64,000 nt of DNA from NCBI GenBank assembly GCA_028534125.1, contig CM052829.1, forward strand, positions 1,116,001-1,180,000. The letters are read 5' to 3'. Numbering within the stretch: position 1 is the first letter of the stretch; the number at the start of each line of letters is the position of its first letter. The notes below the pieces were generated by a model. The model had not been told where the DNA came from and ran no database searches. It saw nothing but the letters and a program-made list of their open reading frames with translations. Source of the DNA: Lama glama. Its lineage: Eukaryota. Positions 61,353-64,000 of this stretch are shown one piece after another. Made by a program: the position numbers and the translations under genes.

Positions 61353-64000
61353 TTTGTGGCCCAAAATCCAGCTCCAGAGCCCTAGGGGAAGGGCCCAGCC
61401 TGCGCTTCCTGCAGTCACTGTTACTGTTCATTCTTCTTCTTATTAACGTATCTTTCTGTTATTACGAACTTGTCTGCCGAGCTCCAGAGGCTCCCTCTAG
61501 CCATCCCGCCCCCAGCCCTGCCGCGGTGTCTCCCATTTTCCTATTTCTATGTTTCCGTGGACAGAGAAGCCAGGCAAAATTGACTTGTTTCCACCCAGCG
61601 AGCCTCTGGGCCAGCCCCGCGCCCCGTCCCGAAGCAGGGGTCATCCGTGGGCTTCGTTCTTCATGAGCCGTTTCCCCTGTTAGAGATTCTGCCTTCGAGC
61701 AGCTGCAATTCCTGGGCGGACGGGCATCAGATAAAAGGAATGTTCTGAATTCACTAACTGCTGAGGTGTGCGCGCTGACCGCCCCACGGCTGAGGGCTCC
61801 CTTCTCGAAACGGTAAGAGAGGAAGGCTGTCAGTCACACCTTTTTCTTTAAAAAAGTGAGAGATTATTTCTGCATTTACCTTCCATTAGTGTTCACCTTA
61901 GTGTCTTTGCTATACATTTTTTATTTTAACGTCTGAGCGCTGCGGACTCCCTCGGCCAGAGAAGACAAGCATCCGAGCCGCCTCCTACAGAAGGGCTGCG
62001 TGCAGCCAGCGGTTCCATCAGCCTCCCCAGCGTCTGACGCTGTGACTGTGCATTTTAAAAAGGAGCCGTCAAATAGGCTGTGCTGTGTGTTCAACAAGAA
62101 AACAGGAAGGAACATGCACACACTTGCCTTTACTGCGGAGACATGGAGCGTCCCCGCAAGAGGTCACCCACTGTCCTTGAGCGGGCTCACAGAGACCGGG
62201 GCCAGCTACTTCTGAAGACCTCAGTTCACTGTATAAAGTCACTAAATATTAGAAAATACGCAAGAAAAGCCAGTTAGGGCCGTGTGATGGGGAAGGGCCG
62301 TTCGTGCTGTTTTTAAAGTCACGGAAGTGGCAGATGAGCCAGTAAATTCACTGTGCGTGAAGTGCAGTCACAGAGCGAATTACAATAAAAATCAGCCACG
62401 GACACCAGAAAGGACTCTTTTTTCTGAAAGGAAAATTAGTAACAATAAAATGTTGCCATCAGGTAGATTAATAACTCGAAAGAAGTCCAGACTGAAAAGG
62501 GAAAGGCAGCCAGCCAGCTGCGGCTCTGGGCTCAGACGCCCCCCGAACTGCCGCCCAGTCCAGGGCCCTGGCCACCCGCAGCGGGTGCGGGAAAGCCTGT
62601 CTCCTGGCCGGCGCCGGCCGGACGGGGCACTCCGACACCCTCACACTGACTCAGCAAGTAACCACAGCTTGCGGTCTTTTCCTTGAATATTTCACTTAGT
62701 TTTTAAATTTTTTTCATTATCAATTAAATTCCATCTGAAATTTCCACAAGCTGGAACTTTAACAAACCTTACACATCCTGTGCTGGCTGCATCAGATTAC
62801 TGTTTTGTGTCACCACAGGCGTAAAATGAACTTCCTCGATACTTCAAAAATCGCCATAGCGGTCTGTGTCCGAAGGTGACATCATGGATCTGTTTTGCTG
62901 GAAAGTCACTTTGTCCGTGAGTCTGCACTCAAGTCTGGCAGCAGAGCTGACCCCTCTCCCGGGCTTCCTGTCCGTCGGAAAAGTGGGCTCCGTCTCCGGT
63001 GCGTCTTCTCCTCCTCGTCCCTGTTGTCTGCTCCTTCATTTCCTTGCCAACATGCACTGAAACACTGTCTCTTAACAACTATCACGTTTCAGGAAGAGAA
63101 TTTTAAGCCTGAGGAAAAAGCCATTTTGACAGGGAAAAAAGTTCCCTCTGATCTGCATCCTTTCCAATCAAGTGATCGGCTCTGAATGTGCAAGCCCATC
63201 GTTCTTCTGAAGAGAGACTTCAGAGGCACAGCTGTGTTGTTGATTTCAGAATTGGGGAATTCAACTGTTCTGGATGTTTCTTCCAAGTTCCTCAGCTATG
63301 CAGGGCCCTTAACTTAGTGCCAGGGAAATATACAAGTTAAAAAAAAATCTTCTCTTTAAAAAGTGAACACTTTCAGAAGCCCTAAGGATGTTCATACAGT
63401 CAGAGGTCCACCATTCCAGGTGGAGGCCACAACTTTAAGCACAGTAGGAAAATGCAAAGATCAGGGTTACAGGAATTAAACCATAGGTTGAAGAGTTACC
63501 CAGTCCAAGCCAAGATTCTCTGTCTTCATGACCGAGCCTGCCCCAACCCCAGTTTAGAAGCTGGTCAGAGAGGCAGTCAGATTGTGTCTGAGCAGAAAGA
63601 ACTCCCAACAACGACCCCGAACGGGATCATTCCTGTCCCCAGGGGCGCAGAGCCTCCTTCCATCATGAAAATCCAAGTGCACATGATACCCTACTCTGTG
63701 AGAAAGGCTGCCTCCAACATTTGCCGTGGCCACGTCCGCTGAGCAAGGAGACGCCCGCTCCTTCCCCGGCACCGCTCTCCCTACAAGGGCCTTGATCTAG
63801 AGAGGGCTGGGCGGGCTGTGGGCAGAGTCCCAGCCCCCTTGTAGGTGCTTCTCATCTGCCCTGCAACCCATGGCCTGCAGCCGACTTCAAACACATACCC
63901 CGAGCGAAGCTTCATACGGAGAGTCTGTGGGTATTGCAGCAGTGAGGGCCCCTGCATGCAGGCTCAGCTCACAGCGTCGTAAACCGCTTTGTACTCCTGC

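Larger units (their letters stand above)
1..64000 (-). other. SMOC2: SMOC2 transcription unit (internal part: intron 4 to intron 9); gene extends beyond both window ends
   Basis: Five in-frame GT-AG exons on the minus strand encode a peptide recognisable as SMOC2. No first or last exon and no EF-hand/EC-domain exon was found in the window. Confidence 0.95.

Noticed and set aside
1-64000. CRISPR array, operon or other prokaryotic/novel multi-gene system
   Set aside because: The sequence is a mammalian intron-exon locus. The short tandem repeats (e.g. ~13926-13952, ~50771-50794) have no repeat-spacer structure.

Overview
Mammalian genomic DNA, GC-rich and unusually CpG-rich, most likely from a camelid (inferred from the style of its tRNA-derived SINEs and L1 3' UTRs). 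The whole window lies inside SMOC2 (SPARC-related modular calcium-binding protein 2), which is transcribed from the minus strand. Five coding exons are present (exons 5-9 by human numbering recalled from memory): 56212-56259, 53316-53366 (alternative acceptor extends it to 53399), 51702-51776, 24905-25091 and 19054-19136. All have GT-AG boundaries and splice in frame to GSINEKLPQREGTGKT[VSLQIFSVLNS]DDASAPVLDTQPQGDEEDIASRYPTLWTEQVKSRQNKTSKNSASSCDQEQQSALEEARQPKNDNVVIPECAHGGLYKPVQCHPSTGYCWCVLVDTGRPIPGTSTRYEQPKCDNTARAHPARTRDLYKGRQLQG, i.e. the linker region plus the second thyroglobulin type-1 domain. The rest is intron, with L1, L2, MIR, MER5A, MaLR/ERVL LTR and tRNA-SINE relics, an intragenic CpG island (~7.5-8.5 kb) and a 141-N assembly gap. 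I found no new multi-gene system. The most notable signals are: strong, patchy AT-to-GC/CpG rewriting of old repeats (consistent with GC-biased gene conversion); a promoter-like intronic CpG island with a duplicated NRF1/GC-box unit; a 33-nt alternative acceptor at exon 6; and an old local duplication at 800-bp spacing. Repeat family names come from pattern recognition and need RepeatMasker/Dfam confirmation.
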